From NCBI RefSeq assembly GCF_006345805.1, contig NC_043000.1:61876001-61940000 (forward strand): a stretch of 64,000 nucleotides of DNA, written 5' to 3'. This stretch comes from Octopus sinensis. Lineage: Eukaryota. Below are positions 1 to 14,881 of this stretch, in pieces. The first letter of the stretch is position 1, and each line of letters begins with the position of its first letter. A program made the position numbers and the translations under genes. The notes below the pieces were generated by a model. It ran no database searches. It saw only the letters and a program-made list of their open reading frames with translations, and was not told where the DNA came from.

Positions 1-47
<47 letters not shown>

Positions 48-1049
48 TCTCTCTCTCTCTGTATTGTTTCGTATTGATCGATTCTATAAACGGCGTCCAC
101 CATAAAAATTATTACAAAGTGCATAGTTTATCTGCATTTTACGTATGTACATGCACGCACTGACACGCATACACACACTCGTGCAAGTTGCATCGATATA
201 ATTTCTGTTCAGTCTCTGGTAAACATATAGATCAACAGACATCTTATTGCAAATATTATATTTATGTGTTTCTGCAGACACTTATACAGAGATGCCCCCA
301 CACGCACATAAACACACACACCTATTATACATATGCACGCCCCCCCACACACAAATATACGAATGCGTAAATGCTTTTATATTTCCATACATTTTTGTAT
401 ACCTTATGAACTTTATAATTTAATGTAGGTTTAATTTTGGCATGATTTAAATGAATCTTTTGTTCTTAACATGTGTTATATAAATTGAGAAAAATTGCAG
501 CAGTATTGTTGATTTTATATTATATTGAACAGTTTTATACAAGGCTGTTACATTGAGGAAAATTTTATTGTTATATTTTTTCATGATATTGTTTCATTCG
601 GTCTATTATGTTCTAATTAAGATAGTCATGTTATTGATTTGATTCGCAATTGTTTAAAGCTTGTTTGCATGTGTAAACATGTCTTCTTGCTACAGCTATT
701 TATGCATATTTTTATAGTTCGACTGTGAGATAGAGCGCTAATGAAAACATGAAGAAAAAATAAATAAAAACAGTGGGGCGATTACATCCTAGTTATTCGA
801 GATCCATGGACGCAGTAAATTTGACTTTATGCATGCTAAGAATATTGTGTGAATTATTTTGTCCCTTACAAATATAACATTGAATTGTGCTTTCAACAGT
901 TTGACTGAAAGGCTGTAAATGTAGCGTCAGTTACAGGCACAAAGGACTGTGCTAGTTTCAGATGTTAAAAATGATAACTATGTATCCACTAAAAAGTAGA
1001 TTATTAAGCTGATATTTTCCACTCTAACCCACCAGTGTTTGCTATCATT

Positions 1050-1418
1050 AATCCTTTACTTGTTTTAGGCATTGGCTGCGGCTATATTGGGGAACCACTT
1101 TGAAGGGTTTAGTCGACCAAATCGACTTCAATACCGATTTTTAAATCTGGTACTTATTTTATCGGCTTCTTTTCAGATTCGTGAGGTTAGAGGGACGTAA
1201 AAAGCCAACACCGGTTGCGAAGCAGTAAGAGAACAAATACAAAAATTCACACATGTACATAATCTTACGATGGACTTCCATACAGTTTCTGTCAAACGAA
1301 TTTTCTCACAAGCCCCCAGCTATAGTAAAGAACATGTGTCCAAAGTTCTGCGTTGTGGGACTGGATACAAAATCTCGTACCTGCAATGCGAACTTATTAA
1401 CCGCATAACCTTTCCTGC
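1050..1418 (-). mobile_element. SINE family B, decayed
   Basis: Reverse-complement similarity to 30975-31356 in head, core and tail. Confidence 0.6.
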
Positions 1419-2118
1419 TACGAGGTAAAAGCTAAAAAACGAAATAGCTTTTATTGCTTTTGCATATTAAATATCAAACATATCAAACAAAATCAATTCT
1501 CTTTTGTAAGAAAATTTCTTTTGAAATATGAGAAAAATCAAGTCTCCCATTGAAAACTTTCTATATTTCCTCTCTATATTGTAACCTATACATCCCATAC
1601 CTTTCCTATTTCAATGTCTGACTCTTGTAGGCTTACACTACTGTTACTCTTTGCATTCCAATGATTGTTTGCTAATTGGTATTTTGATTGCAATTCTACT
1701 GTATGTCAGTACAAGTTTACAATATTTTGTAATGGAAGAAAAGTCACACGTGTTATTTTCTACTTAAACATCAATTTTATGGAACACCAAATAATAAAGA
1801 AAAGGCTAAAATAAAGGCATGCAAAAATACGGGTTCATATAGATATAAGGTTACTTGGAATAAAACGCAACGATATGAATAAAACAATAAGCATCATTGT
1901 TTCTCGATTGTGAGAGTAATAAGCTGGAAAGATCATAAGAATATCAGCAAACTAAAACGCTGAATGATATTGGTTCAACTTCTTTACGATCTAAGTGCAA
2001 ATCTCAAGGGCATCAACGTTTTTTTACGCTTCTTTTTTCAAAGTACCTAAATCCAAATAATAAAGTACCAGTCAAGTACTAAGGTTGTTGTAATCGATGT
2101 AATATTTGAAATTGTAAC

Positions 2119-2285
2119 AAGGTGGCGAGCGGGTAGAATCGTTACCACGACCGGCAAGATGTTTAACGGTACGTCGTTCGTTCTGATTTAAAATTCCGCT
2201 GAGTTCTTTGCTTTTCATCCTTTCGAATTCAATAATATGAGTACCAGTTGAGCCCTGGGATAGCTGTAATCGACTATCCCCGCTG
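2119..2285 (+). mobile_element. SINE family A, decayed
   Basis: GGTGGCGAGC...TTTCATCCTTTCG...AGTACCAGTTGAG...GTAATCGACT. Confidence 0.6.
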
Positions 2286-4000
2286 AACATATGCAACTAG
2301 TCATTGAACGATGACGGATATCTCATAAGAGGGTCATGTCTGCCGCGTCAGTTCTCAGTGTTTGACTTGCCGGTTTCTGTTACTGAGGAGGAGATAACCA
2401 CTCCGAAATGTAGGTATCCAGCAGTCTGATTTGAGGGCGCTGTGGCACCTATTTGTCTGCAACGAGAATTTATTTCTATGACAAAATACAAGGAATGGGT
2501 TTGAATATGCCTCAATCTTATTTGAGCAAGTAACAAATTTGTATTTATACACATCTCTGCTTCGCACTGTCATTCCGCACACAGATATATATATACACAC
2601 CTCCACACCGCCCACACATATATACCTATGTATATATGTATATGTATGTGTGTCTGTGTGGGAGTGTGTGTGTGTGTGTGTATGTATTCATGTACATTTT
2701 GATTCAGTTTCATATTACTTTACGTTTCGTGTGCGAAGAGCTCGTCTAGGTCATCAGATGTTCGGTAAAAACGTTGAGAGGGTTTAAAATAAATTTACAA
2801 TAGCTTCTATGTGTCTATGGCCTTCGTGGCTCAGTTCATATAACATGGTCACTTATGTTATCTAAGTGACAATAGTTATTTATTTTATTTTTGGTCTTCC
2901 GTGTTGCATCCAGGATGTTGGCGAACTGTCAGCATTTTCCAGTATTCAGCGGTAAAGGTTTTTTCACATTCGATACCACATATAGTGGGTAGAAAAGATT
3001 TTGTTGCTATTCATGCAATTAGTCATCAGTCTGGAGAGCATGAATACTTTAGCGACCACAGTTATAATGTGGGAGGAACCGATTTGATGGTGTCAGATAA
3101 CAAATGAGTTCACATGACCAACACAAGTAGGCTGTAGTTTCTACGAACAGATGGAATGTTATACACCACCTTTACAAGTGAGACAGTTTGTCCTCGGGGG
3201 ATATATATTTAGTTTATCAATGACCAGAGCTTTGAAGTTAATTAGCAGGTGGTAACAATAAGATAGGTCCTTCTTTTCTGTAAGTAGACACTGAGAGCTA
3301 ATGCTGTAGGTATAGTTTAGAACGGAAGCAGAATTGGTAATTATGAGTTCCAGGTTTGTAAAGCGGAACCCTCTCAAAGATGCTCGATATGTTGTTGGAT
3401 GTGTCTCTTTAATGATCCTGGACACTCCAGATGAAGAGGCGAGACTGGGTGATAGAGTCTTTCTCGCCCATAAACATCACGGAGTGCATGCTTTGCCTGT
3501 ATCTTCTCATAAACTTAAGGGTTTCCTACCCCTATTGTGGATGTGTCTCTCAAGACCACATTAACCGAGAAGCAAGATCCTTTCGTGGCTGTTGGAAATA
3601 TTTTCGCAGTTACAGAGTGGGGTGTAGGGCGGAAGAGTGCAGTTGCATGTTCACGGTTTGTAGTTCATTGAATGTTGGAAATAATATTATTTACGCATGA
3701 AAAGCTAACCTCGTAGCAATGGGAATTAAAAAGTTTATGATAACTTTAAGTTCTTCGAAAATGATTCTTAATTAACGTTGGGAAGCTTCTACCTAAAACA
3801 GAGAAAACATCTAGATTGAATGGAAGAATAACGTTATTACTTTTCTATTTTACCCCATCCGAGTGCGGCTCTATTTACAAAACCTTATCGCTAAACCCTC
3901 TCCTAAACTTGTGTTTTGTTATAGGAGGTGCACCCTGTTAAAGATTGCTCTGTCCGCCTATAGATTTGAGATTCTTCAGTGAAAAATTATGTCTAGATTT

Positions 4001-4195
4001 AAACGGTGAGCTGGCAAAATCGTTAACAGTATTTTGTTCGCCTTTACGTTCTGAATTCAAATTCTGCTGCTGCCGACTTTGTCTTTCATCCTTTCGGGGT
4101 CGATAAAATAAGTACCAGTCGAGCACTGGGGTCGATGAAAAAACTCACCCCCTCCTCCGAACGTTTTGGTCTTGCCCCATACTTTGCAAGTAGTA
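4001..4195 (+). mobile_element. SINE family A
   Basis: GGTGAGCTGGCA...ACGTTCTGAATTCAAATTC...CCTTTCGGGGTCGATAAAATAAGTACCAG. Confidence 0.7.
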
Positions 4196-7100
4196 ATTAT
4201 GACAATACTTATATCTAAAGTTGGGGGAGTAGTCACAGTGTTTATGGACGTAAGCAGCTTCCTTGTTAGAATTTCTGTAATGGAAGTACTTGCCTTACAC
4301 GGGGTCTAGGGTTACGCCCAGAAACTCGGCCTATTAAATGTTAGTACTAACAGTTATAGACAGGCCACATCGTTTGAAGATAGTATCAATCTTTTTGAAA
4401 CGTATACATGGTTAAGCCGCTTACATTGCTCAAGATTGTCCGATCATCCCATTGACGATTTATGGAGTGTATGCGTTTTTTTAGGATATCCAGGATAAAT
4501 AACCTGACGCGGTTAGAGACCCCCCGCAGCTCGGTCGTAGCTGCTCATATATTTGAGAAAGCCTGTGTATGTAAGTCCATTTTCTCAACTCTCATTGTAT
4601 TTAGCTATCACGGGCTACTCCACTACTACTACATTGGTAACGTACTAAAACTCTTTTTGTTATTCTACCCTCTTCCAGGATCCACACTGTAGTTCTAGGA
4701 ATTCTTTTTCCTTTCTCTCTTTCTCTCCATCATTATTTATTTCTCTATTTTATACTTATTTTGTCAACACTTTATTCACTCTCAGATTCTCTTCGTCTCA
4801 TTTTCTGTCTCTTTCCCTTTCTCTTCCTCACATGGTTTCTCACTGCATAAATTTGTCCTTCTGGCCTTCTCTAGAATCAGTAGCAATGTGGCAGTTTTAA
4901 CAGAATTTTTGATTAATTGAAAATGCTCCTGATAATGACATATTAGCTGATATTAATTTAAACAGGAAAGCAAATTTAGTGATGTGAGGTCAAATTTCAT
5001 CCACGGTCAAATGTTTTTTTTTAAAATAAAATTGATTACAAATGTTGATACAAATAATGCCACGAAAAGGAGAACTTGCAGCATACATTCTTTTAGATCT
5101 GATTCACAAATTATTCATTTCAATGGAATAGACCCATCACATCTGCGGGAGAAAGAGATTTTCAGCATTACTAAAACCTCGGTGGTACATGATATCTTCG
5201 CATGATCTCTTTTATGAAAAACAATAAATGCATCGCACGGACTATTGACCCAAATAGGTGAAAATCGCCATCCCTCTTGCAGAAGAAGATTTCCAGAGAA
5301 TCTAAGTTTCCTAACCTTACTCGTAGAGTACCATATGCCAAAGTTCTTGCTGATTAATTTCAGAACACTACGCTGCACAAAATGCTTGGGGGATACCGAA
5401 GAAAGGGTAACAAACCACATATTAACACAATATTTAACAAACGTGGTAAAAAAGATACAAAAAAGTCAGTCAGTGGGGTATTAATAATAATAATGATATG
5501 ACAACAAAATAATGAATGAGACCTCGATATTATGCAAAATAGAGGAATTTATCTATAAATACAATATGTGACAACCAACTAATTGTCACATACTTTATAT
5601 ATATATATGAAATTTAAAATAACCAGAAAATGGAGAAAACATTTGATCAACAACCAAATTAACTACCGTCAGTTATTATTTTTTAGCACAAAAGTTAACA
5701 TTGCTAACAGCCGTTTTTGCTGCCTATGTCATCGGTGCCGACATAGAAAATTATGAGAATAATCTTCGTCATCTTTTTATTGCCTGTACCCTGTGAGCAT
5801 ATTCATGCCAGGGTTAACATAGGTAATTTAGACCGGTGGTAATAACGGATATTCTTATCCCTTAGACGGTTATTCCAACCTCTAAGTTTACTTACTTACA
5901 CACACACACACACACACAAACACATATATTGTACGCTTTAATTACACCTCTTTATCGATTTCAGTAAAGATATCTGCATAAGTACGTACGTATGGGGTAT
6001 TTGTTCGCATAGTGACTGCCTATTCTTATCTCGTCTTCTCAACATTAAAAATAATTAGGGGGTTCTTCTTTCGATTTCTTTCTAGTTTTGGTCGTGGTCT
6101 CCATATAGCCTTTGCCATTTTTAGTGAAGCCTCTGTCCTCTTGTTTACCCCGCGTCTTTCTTTCTGCATCTCTTATTTTACCACCTCTCCGTTTTTTTTT
6201 ACTGTTATAATAATGCTTTCTCACTCACATTATTCCCAATTTATGTGACAGCCGGCATTAGTAAAACTCTTCTCCTCCCTCTCTTTGCAGCATAATTATT
6301 TCACTGTGTGAACATTTTGCCTTTACTACTTTCCAACACAAATCATCACTAGTTTTCTCTGATCCGACAGTCTCTCTGTAATTAATAACAGAATCAATAT
6401 AGTGTCTTCGCATACAGATAGGGATTTATACGATAGCTTAATAGTGAATTCTTGTAACTGCGCAATGCATATTGAGCTGCTCGCAATAGAATTATCTGAT
6501 TGAGGATTTTGTGAGTTTAGTAATCCGAAATTAACTAAGAATTACAGGTAGTTTACGTTAAAAGCACACACCTCTTATAATATGAAAATTTCTGTGGGTG
6601 GTATCGCCTGCATTTAAGGTAGATTATTTCGGAATTATTAGCTATAATCGTATGTCAATTTTCCATGTGGTGATATCTTACACTTAACAACAATTATCTG
6701 ATGCGATTGATTTAGACATTCAACTTGCTTTTAACTCCATTTAAATCTTCAAAACACATATTTAGCTACTGAAGCAATTTTTCAACAAGTTCTACTTAGT
6801 TTACAATAGCTTCATTCATTTCCAATCTAGATTAAACAACTTGTACTTTTATAAACCTTTATTTTATACAAATGTTTATTGCAAAATCAGAAATAAAGCA
6901 CCTCTTCTAACCGCAAAAAAAAATTTATAAGGTGGTTTCACTCAATCCATCAGCGATTACCTCAGGTTATTATTAGCTTTGAAATGATTTCCATCTTTAA
7001 AAGCAATAGTACAGAAAATAATATTCACATCACCTATCATATTTCCTTGCACATGCTAATCATAAAATCAGATTTTCGAGTTTTTCTCAATTGACTTTTA

Positions 7101-10100
7101 ATAATAATTAATATATGTTGCTTCCTTTCAAGTAGCAAAACATAACATCGTTATATATGAATTAGCATTTTAAACCCCTCAAGTATTATATTACAAATAG
7201 AGATCAACTAATAAATTTTGATATCTTACTTTTTAATAAATTACATAATTAGTTCATATTTTTAATGCTTATATCATATTCTATTGCCACTCAGTAGTAT
7301 AGATATAAATGTGTGAAAATTCTCGATATTTTGGAAATAGGCTCCACCAAATTAAATACTCTTTTGTATCCACTGTCAAATTTTAGTTGGTATTGTTGTT
7401 TTTTCTCTGTTCATCACTGATAGAGCAACAGTGTACACCTTTACCAAGAACATCTATCTACAACCGTCCAATCTCTCGTATAAATACTACCCAGTACATC
7501 GTTGCCGTTAGACCTCTTAGAAGTCGTACTAAAATACCATCCAAAACACTGTACTAGTATCACATATTTAGCTTCGGTAACATATTTCTGTCACACTGTT
7601 AATATCTTCTCCAAATTCTTACTATCTTTATTATATAGAGCATTTAATGCTATTCCTACATTATTAACTATTTTGTTTTCCTGCCTCACAGTTACATTAC
7701 CACGTGGAAAGAAAATTATCGTTACTTCAGATCAGTGTTCACGTTTTTCTATTTTTTTAAAGTAAATCTTTATTTTAAAAGTTGATACTCTACAATAGCT
7801 ATGAATTTGCAGCTGCATCTTCTCTATTTGTCGATATCCATTTTATCTTTACTGCCAATCTCTTTCGATTGTAATCATTTCGGTTCTTTCCAGTCAATAT
7901 CACTTTTTTTCCTTCGAGTTGGCCACACTTTTTACATGATATCAATGACAAAAATTCAGAAACAAATATTTAAAATAATACAAATGTGAACTATATTGTT
8001 GTTTTTTTTATATTAATGATCATTCTGATCATTCTATCGGAAAAGTGGTTAATTTGCCTTCTTATCAACAGCTTAATTTTCTGTTAATCTTCTTTTAAAT
8101 GTTGTAACGTTTTATTTTATTCCTGTATTTATAAAAGAAATAATATAAAGCTCAATTTGGTTTCTTGAAAAGGGCAGTGGTTTCAAGCTAGTAGCATCAA
8201 TCCAAAATAGTGAGCTCTAATATAAATTGTCTAAATTATCTGCCATATCAACTTAAGAAGTCTGGAATTAAGAGTCTCTTGACTGTTAACTCCATGTTCC
8301 GTTTTATCTGGCGACTTCAGAAGAAGGTTATTACGAAAGACCCCTCCCTATTCTACTAGAGGGCTTAGCTAATATCTTTCTTCACATTACAGAAGTGTAA
8401 TCATCAACGGAGTTTTCCAATATCTAATTTCAAGCCATGGCTAATGACACAGTCTCATGATCTGTTACAAACATTTGCAAACTTTTCCCCTGGAATTTCT
8501 AACGAAAGCAAATGAAACTACTCTTATCTATTGATCCAGATTTGGCTTTCAGTCCACGATCATTGAAAAATATTCAGTAGCAGCACAAACTGTAACAATC
8601 ATCTAGTACAACATCTAACTCTAGATCATAATAGGTTACCCTCACTGGCGAATATAAATGTATTTATGTATCATCCAATAATAATTACTTTTACTTAGTA
8701 CTCTTATGTGTTTCATTACAGATACCACTACAGATAACACAAAGTCTGAATAGTTAGTAGTCAGACATCCGCTTTAAGTCTGTGTTCATTTTAGTACAGC
8801 ACATCGCAGACATTTTACGCATACATACACACACTCACATACATATATATGAATATGTCTAAATGAAATGATCAACAAAAAAGGCGTTTTGGACTGTAGT
8901 CCTTCATCAGAATAGAAAAGCACAGAGGGAATGGGAACACACGCATACATTTACATGCATACGTATACATTTACATATGCAAGAATACACATATTTTGCA
9001 TCTTTTGTGGAAATTGCTTACCCTGTATTTGGTATCTAATAAAGTTGCATTCAGTATATTCAATCATTATTTTTACTTACTATGCTACCTACAAATGTAA
9101 ATCAAAAGAAACTTCTTCAGTAACAAAAAAATTGCATCTACGACATCCGAAAATCTTGGAAGATGCTATTTGAGGAGGGTCCTTTTCAAAAGTAATAACT
9201 ATAGTTGAGTGGTTAAGAGTTGTCTGCTTGATCAAATATTCTTGATTACGTATATTGTTAGTGAAATTGAATCCAACCCCAAGCTAAAACGGGAACAGTA
9301 CTTATCTATCCAGTAGAGATTGGTAGGAAATACAACTTATCAAATTGCATCATTGTAGACGTTTAACTGCTGGCAAATATGTTAGCTTGCATCGGAAAGT
9401 TTAAATATTGCCAAAACTATTTTAGTTATATCGACTTTTTTGCTGCAGTGTGGATTGTACAACTGCATCAAAGGGAATTACCAGCCTTTGACGATTTTGG
9501 ACTTTGATCTAACAAAAATCTTGTGTTTACTCTAAGTGTATTCGTCTCTGTTTGTTAGCATATATTATGTTCGGGCATCCATTCAACGGACGTTTATACG
9601 CAAATCCAGGTAAAACGCTATATTTCATTTTAGGGAACTATATTATTGGAATTTCGTTAATGTTCTAATACTGGGAGAACTATGGCTGACTTATATTATA
9701 GTACGCCGGAAAAATTACTCGTGTAATCTTGTATTTTATTGCCCGTTAATGGTACAATTCTCTCTTAATGCTAAAGAAGAAAAATCTCAATCTGTTTCGC
9801 AGTAACTAGTTTCCATAATGTCTATTGATTCATGCCGCAGAGGGTCCGGCAATATTGCAAATCTGATTTATGTTACATTAGATAACAGAGCTGAGTCCAT
9901 TTTTTTCTCATAAAAACACTGAGTTTTGTAGTCTAATATAAAAATGTTCTAGTGGTCACACATTTGTAAATATATATTATTACGGAGACGCAAGTATTAC
10001 AAATATCTGACGAAAGGGTAAAATGGTTAAAAGCTAATTTCGTACAGTAAAATCTACACACAAATATGAAATTTTTTTCAACAAGGAAAACAAATAAATA

Positions 10101-11639
10101 CCAGACAAAGAAATTTCTAATATTATTGTCAACATACGCTGATTTGTTTGAATAGATCCCAGTTTTAATTGAAGTAGTTGAGAATCAATTATAAAAACAG
10201 TTAAAAAGAAATGTTGGTGGTAAATAGCCTCGACCAAAGGTAGGAAATCGAAGGTATTTCTGAGAGTGAAATTTTTGTTTAATTCTTTTTACTTTACTAT
10301 GGACATCTTTAAAAATTGAGATAGAAAAACAAGATTTCTTCTCAAAAGAAGTTTCAGAATTGTATTTGGAAAATATGGACGACTTACAGAGAGTATGTAG
10401 AAAATCACTCGGCATATTTCGTGTACGCTTTAATGTAATTAATCTCGTCTATTTCTTATGTGGTTTGTTTTTGAATGGCCCTCCTCAAATTCCAAGGTGC
10501 GCAAAAACGGTCGGCTGAATGATGACAAATAGATCTGTGTGGCAGGCAGATCTATGTTTCCAATTGAAAAATGCCTCTGCATGTCTGATCACTACTTTCC
10601 ACCTAGTAGTGATCGAGAGTATGGCGTGCAGTATGAATCTTAATTATGAATCTTAGATATCTTACAGTGTCGCCTCAGTTTAATGAATTTCTGTACGCCT
10701 GCAAATTCTAGTGGAGATTACAGCTGTAGACAATGTAAAATTCTGGTTGTTGCTATTCAGCACCATATGAGCCTTTTAAATAAAAACATTGCACTCCATG
10801 ATCATCTCATCTACTATTTTAGCCATGGTGACCTTTCGTTAGAAGGTTAGATATAAATGAAAAGAGATGAAGTTAGATTTGAGGGTGAACGATGAGACTC
10901 CTTTGACTAGTTGCAGCAGTTGGTTCTCAGAAAACCAGTTCCCTAATTTTGTCATTAGTCTTGAGAGACTATGAAAGCTACGTCATCTAATGTCTTTCTC
11001 CAACAAACCATAGGCTCTCTGTATATATAGGAAATCAATATTCTATACGTGTGAAAGGTTTAAGATGTTTATTTGCGCTTAATTTTCTCAGAAATATAAT
11101 TGAAGCGGCGTGCAGATTTAATGACTATTGCAATCTCATTAATTATATTTAATTAAAATATGATTAGCTCTAGATATTCAAATGATATTGAATATCCAAA
11201 CATCATAAAAACTTATTTTTAATTAAATTATTTTCATCTATAACTCATACATAACAATGTTTTTTTTTTAAATAAATTTTGCAGATATTGCTGTCAGTAT
11301 TGCATAAAATGTCTACCAAAAATTATCTATTGTTAATCTTCAGAAATTTCAATGAAGCAAAATTTATATTAAACGACACACACGCGTGCACGCACACACA
11401 AACATGCACGCACGCACGCACGCACACACGCACACACACACACACATACACTCACGCATAAACACATGCATATATACATGTGCACTAGAACAAATAAGAG
11501 ATAAAAAGAAGATATATATATATGTATATAGATATGTGCGTGCGTCCTGTAACTCCATAACACATATCGATAATTCGAAAGCCATTTCTTAGCAAGTTGC
11601 GAGCATAATAAGATGGATGGCGAGATGGAGGGTCACACT

Positions 11640-11780
11640 AATTTTGGCTGGCACATATATCAGCTGTAAAAACCAGAGCAATGTGAAATGACTCACTCAA
11701 GAACACGGCATGTTCCCTCTTTCCATGAATCGAACACACGACCTAATGATCATGAACGCAACCACTTAACTCCTAGGCTA
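11640..11780 (-). mobile_element. tRNA-headed SINE fragment, fourth family
   Basis: Minus strand TGTAGCCTAGGAGTTAAG...GTGTTCGATTC with A/B-box spacing. Confidence 0.45.
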
Positions 11781-12064
11781 CAGCGCTTTCAAGTCATGCA
11801 TTGAGATGTATTCATTGTGTATGGACGACCAAGACGCTATATCTGTGACTGATGTGCCAGTGAATGGTTGAAAAGCCGTTTTTGCTAGTGCACCGACGGC
11901 TTCAGTCTTATATCAGTTAAGTACTTGAGTCAATTAAATCAACTAACTCTTATTGCCTATATTTGAAAAGCAAACAGTATTATAATAACGAAAATGTGAA
12001 TGAACTGACAAAATCTATAAGGTGTCAGATCACACACACTGCAGCATTTATGGTAAATGGTAAT

Positions 12065-12105
<41 letters not shown>

Positions 12106-12518
12106 TACATGTATCGCTAAGTGGATATATAGCAATATGTGCAAGAATAAACCAATCTAACTTTAAAATACTTTCAGCTTATAGACGTTAAGCTTCAATT
12201 ACACTGCATAACGGAATAAAAAAGGAAAGGAAAAAACGATCAACTAAGAAATATAAGCTGTGTCTAAACGTTTCATTATTAATCGCGATAAATAACGTTC
12301 CTTGTTATGAATAACATTTTTATACAGACAAGCGTTGTGATCTGATACGTCCTTTATTTAAAGTTATTTAAAAAGCAAATTACTCATTCTTCTCGAATAG
12401 TACAAAGAATGAAAACAGATTGGATTTAAAGGTGAAAATATTTCTTTTATTCAATATATACAGAAGGAACATAACGATTACTTCAACTATGATATGTATT
12501 TTCATCTGATGTGAATAA

Positions 12519-12564
<46 letters not shown>

Positions 12565-12603
12565 TCGTGTGTGGGTGTGTGTAGGTCTGTCTGTCTTTCT
12601 GTC

Positions 12604-12692
<89 letters not shown>

Positions 12693-12973
12693 TAAATTAG
12701 GGATAAAACCACTATTAAGCAAATCAAACAATGAAAAACTTAAGCCATTACATAAAATTAATTAATTTATATTATTTTAAGTATATATCAAAAGTATTAA
12801 AAGTTTAATAAAAGATAACGAGTAAAACACTACGATCGTTTCATGGCTGTCCAATTCGTAATAATTCGAGTTATGGTTACAGTCAATCTTCAGGTAATTG
12901 AAATATTTATCTTAGCGAGGCTTAGCAATATATTATCTAACAAGCACAATATATGTATATATATTTTTATGTG

Positions 12974-13159
12974 CTACTATTAGTATCATGCGATGAGAGC
13001 ATACCAGACAGTATTTTTTAACATGTCTGCTGCCTTAGCGCAATGCTCAGACAATCGCCACTTGGTATAACAAGCTAAAAATAGGACGATAGGATGAGAG
13101 AAAAAAATGAGAAAATCGGGCCAGACTGGTATGCTTTCATCGCATGAAACCAATAATAG
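12974..13159. mobile_element. MITE-like element, 186 bp
   Basis: 34-bp inverted repeats (12974-13007 and 13126-13159); inner 22 bp have 1 mismatch. Confidence 0.55.
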
Positions 13160-13984
13160 TATATAAAAACATATATTATATTTATAAGTAATATTTATTT
13201 CTCACAAGATGAAGTACTTGTTTTGTTGATTATACCATCACGGAACTGTACACTTCACTACACCACATACACACACAGAGTATTATGCAGGCATGCATGC
13301 ATAAATATGTCTTTGAGTGTTTGTGTTGCAAACTGTTGTTTATAGAATTATGACGAGTATTCGATTATAATGGTGTCATTACTTTGTGTGACAGGTCAGT
13401 CAACAGAACTGCCACTCGCAGTGATGTCGCTAACCACCATTATCTCCGATAGAAGGCCATCCGACTGAGCTTCCTTTCAACAGCTGATTGACTGGTTCTC
13501 AGCTAATCACATGGTTTAGGAGCTCTTGGTGACAGGTTGAGAAAATCAAATTATGAATCTAGTTTTCTTGTCCCAATTATAAATAGCAGTGGATTCCTTC
13601 AGGTGCAAGAAAACGAATCTATGTCACTTTATTGCTTTATTTCACTTGTCACATAGCTCTATACGAGTAACTCTGCTACGGACTGGTATCTCATTTAGTG
13701 GGAACGTTATGGTTTGGGTCTCCTATACAGCATGGAAAGTAACGAGCAACCGGTCCTAATAGCTTAGATACTCGAGAGAGTAATGACCAGGGGACTTACT
13801 AAGTTCATAAACATGAACGACAAATGTACAAAGACTACAAATGTCTAGTTTCCCTCTCTTTAAGTTCTAGGTTTTGCGTTTCATAATTATTGCTTTCACT
13901 CTTTAATTTGAAGCTGAAGAAATCTTTGTCAATTATCTATTTCTACAGATTTTCGCCCCCACCTCCGGTCCCACTCCCCCCACC

Positions 13985-14091
13985 CTTATTCTTCTTCCTC
14001 TTCTTCTTCTTCTTCCTCCTCCTCCTCCTCTTCTTCTTCTTGCTCTTCTTCTGCTACTTCCACTTCCTCTTCTTTTTCGTTTTCTTTTTCT

Positions 14092-14123
<32 letters not shown>

Positions 14124-14130
14124 TTCTTCT

Positions 14131-14163
<33 letters not shown>

Positions 14164-14172
14164 ACCTCCTCT

Positions 14173-14219
<47 letters not shown>

Positions 14220-14672
14220 TTCTTCTTTTTCTTCTTCTTTTTCTTCTTCTTCTTTTTCTCCTCCTCCCAGTATCACTATTGTCATCATCACCATCACCAT
14301 AATAAACATCATTGTTATTGACGTTGGTTTTGACATTGCCATAAAAGTCATCTTCATAAATTCTCATCCCCCCCCACCAGAATCATCCCTACTAGCAACA
14401 TCATCAACAGAAGCAAATTTACAGCAGCCCCATTGTTGTTATCGTTGCCGTTATCATTACAGTCTTCATAACTGACATAACCACCACCACCACCACCACC
14501 ATCACCACCATCCTCCACTTCCTGATCATTTTCATCATCTTTATTATTGTGGTTGTTGTTGTTTTCTTTATCATTAACGTTATCTTTATTACAATGACCA
14601 CCACTACTACAACCAACACTACCATCCCCGTCCGCATCCTAATCATCATGATCATCTTATCATAGTCATCAT

Positions 14673-14703
<31 letters not shown>

Positions 14704-14770
14704 ATATCATCATCGTCGTCGTCGTCGTCATCGTCATCGTCATCATCATCATCATTTATCATCGACGTCT
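13985..14770. repeat. Trinucleotide repeat region: (TTC)n, (CAC)n, (CAT)n, (CGT)n
   Basis: Directly visible; explains the poly-E, poly-R and poly-F ORFs. Confidence 0.95.
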
Positions 14771-14881
14771 TTGCCTCTATTGTGTGAACTGCATATCAAA
14801 CGAATAATTCAGCGATGCAATTGTTTGCAATGCGCATGTAAATTCTTCTCATTGTTGACACATCAAAACGTAAAGTCAGAA

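Noticed and set aside
4984-5484. Protein-like frames suggesting a transposon
   Set aside because: No recognisable motif.
8380-8660. Possible Penelope RT remnant on the minus strand (SVDD)
   Set aside because: Too degraded; only one partial motif.
13890-14655. Long ORFs (poly-F, poly-R, poly-E)
   Set aside because: Translations of (TTC)n and (CAT)n microsatellites; no domain or splice context.
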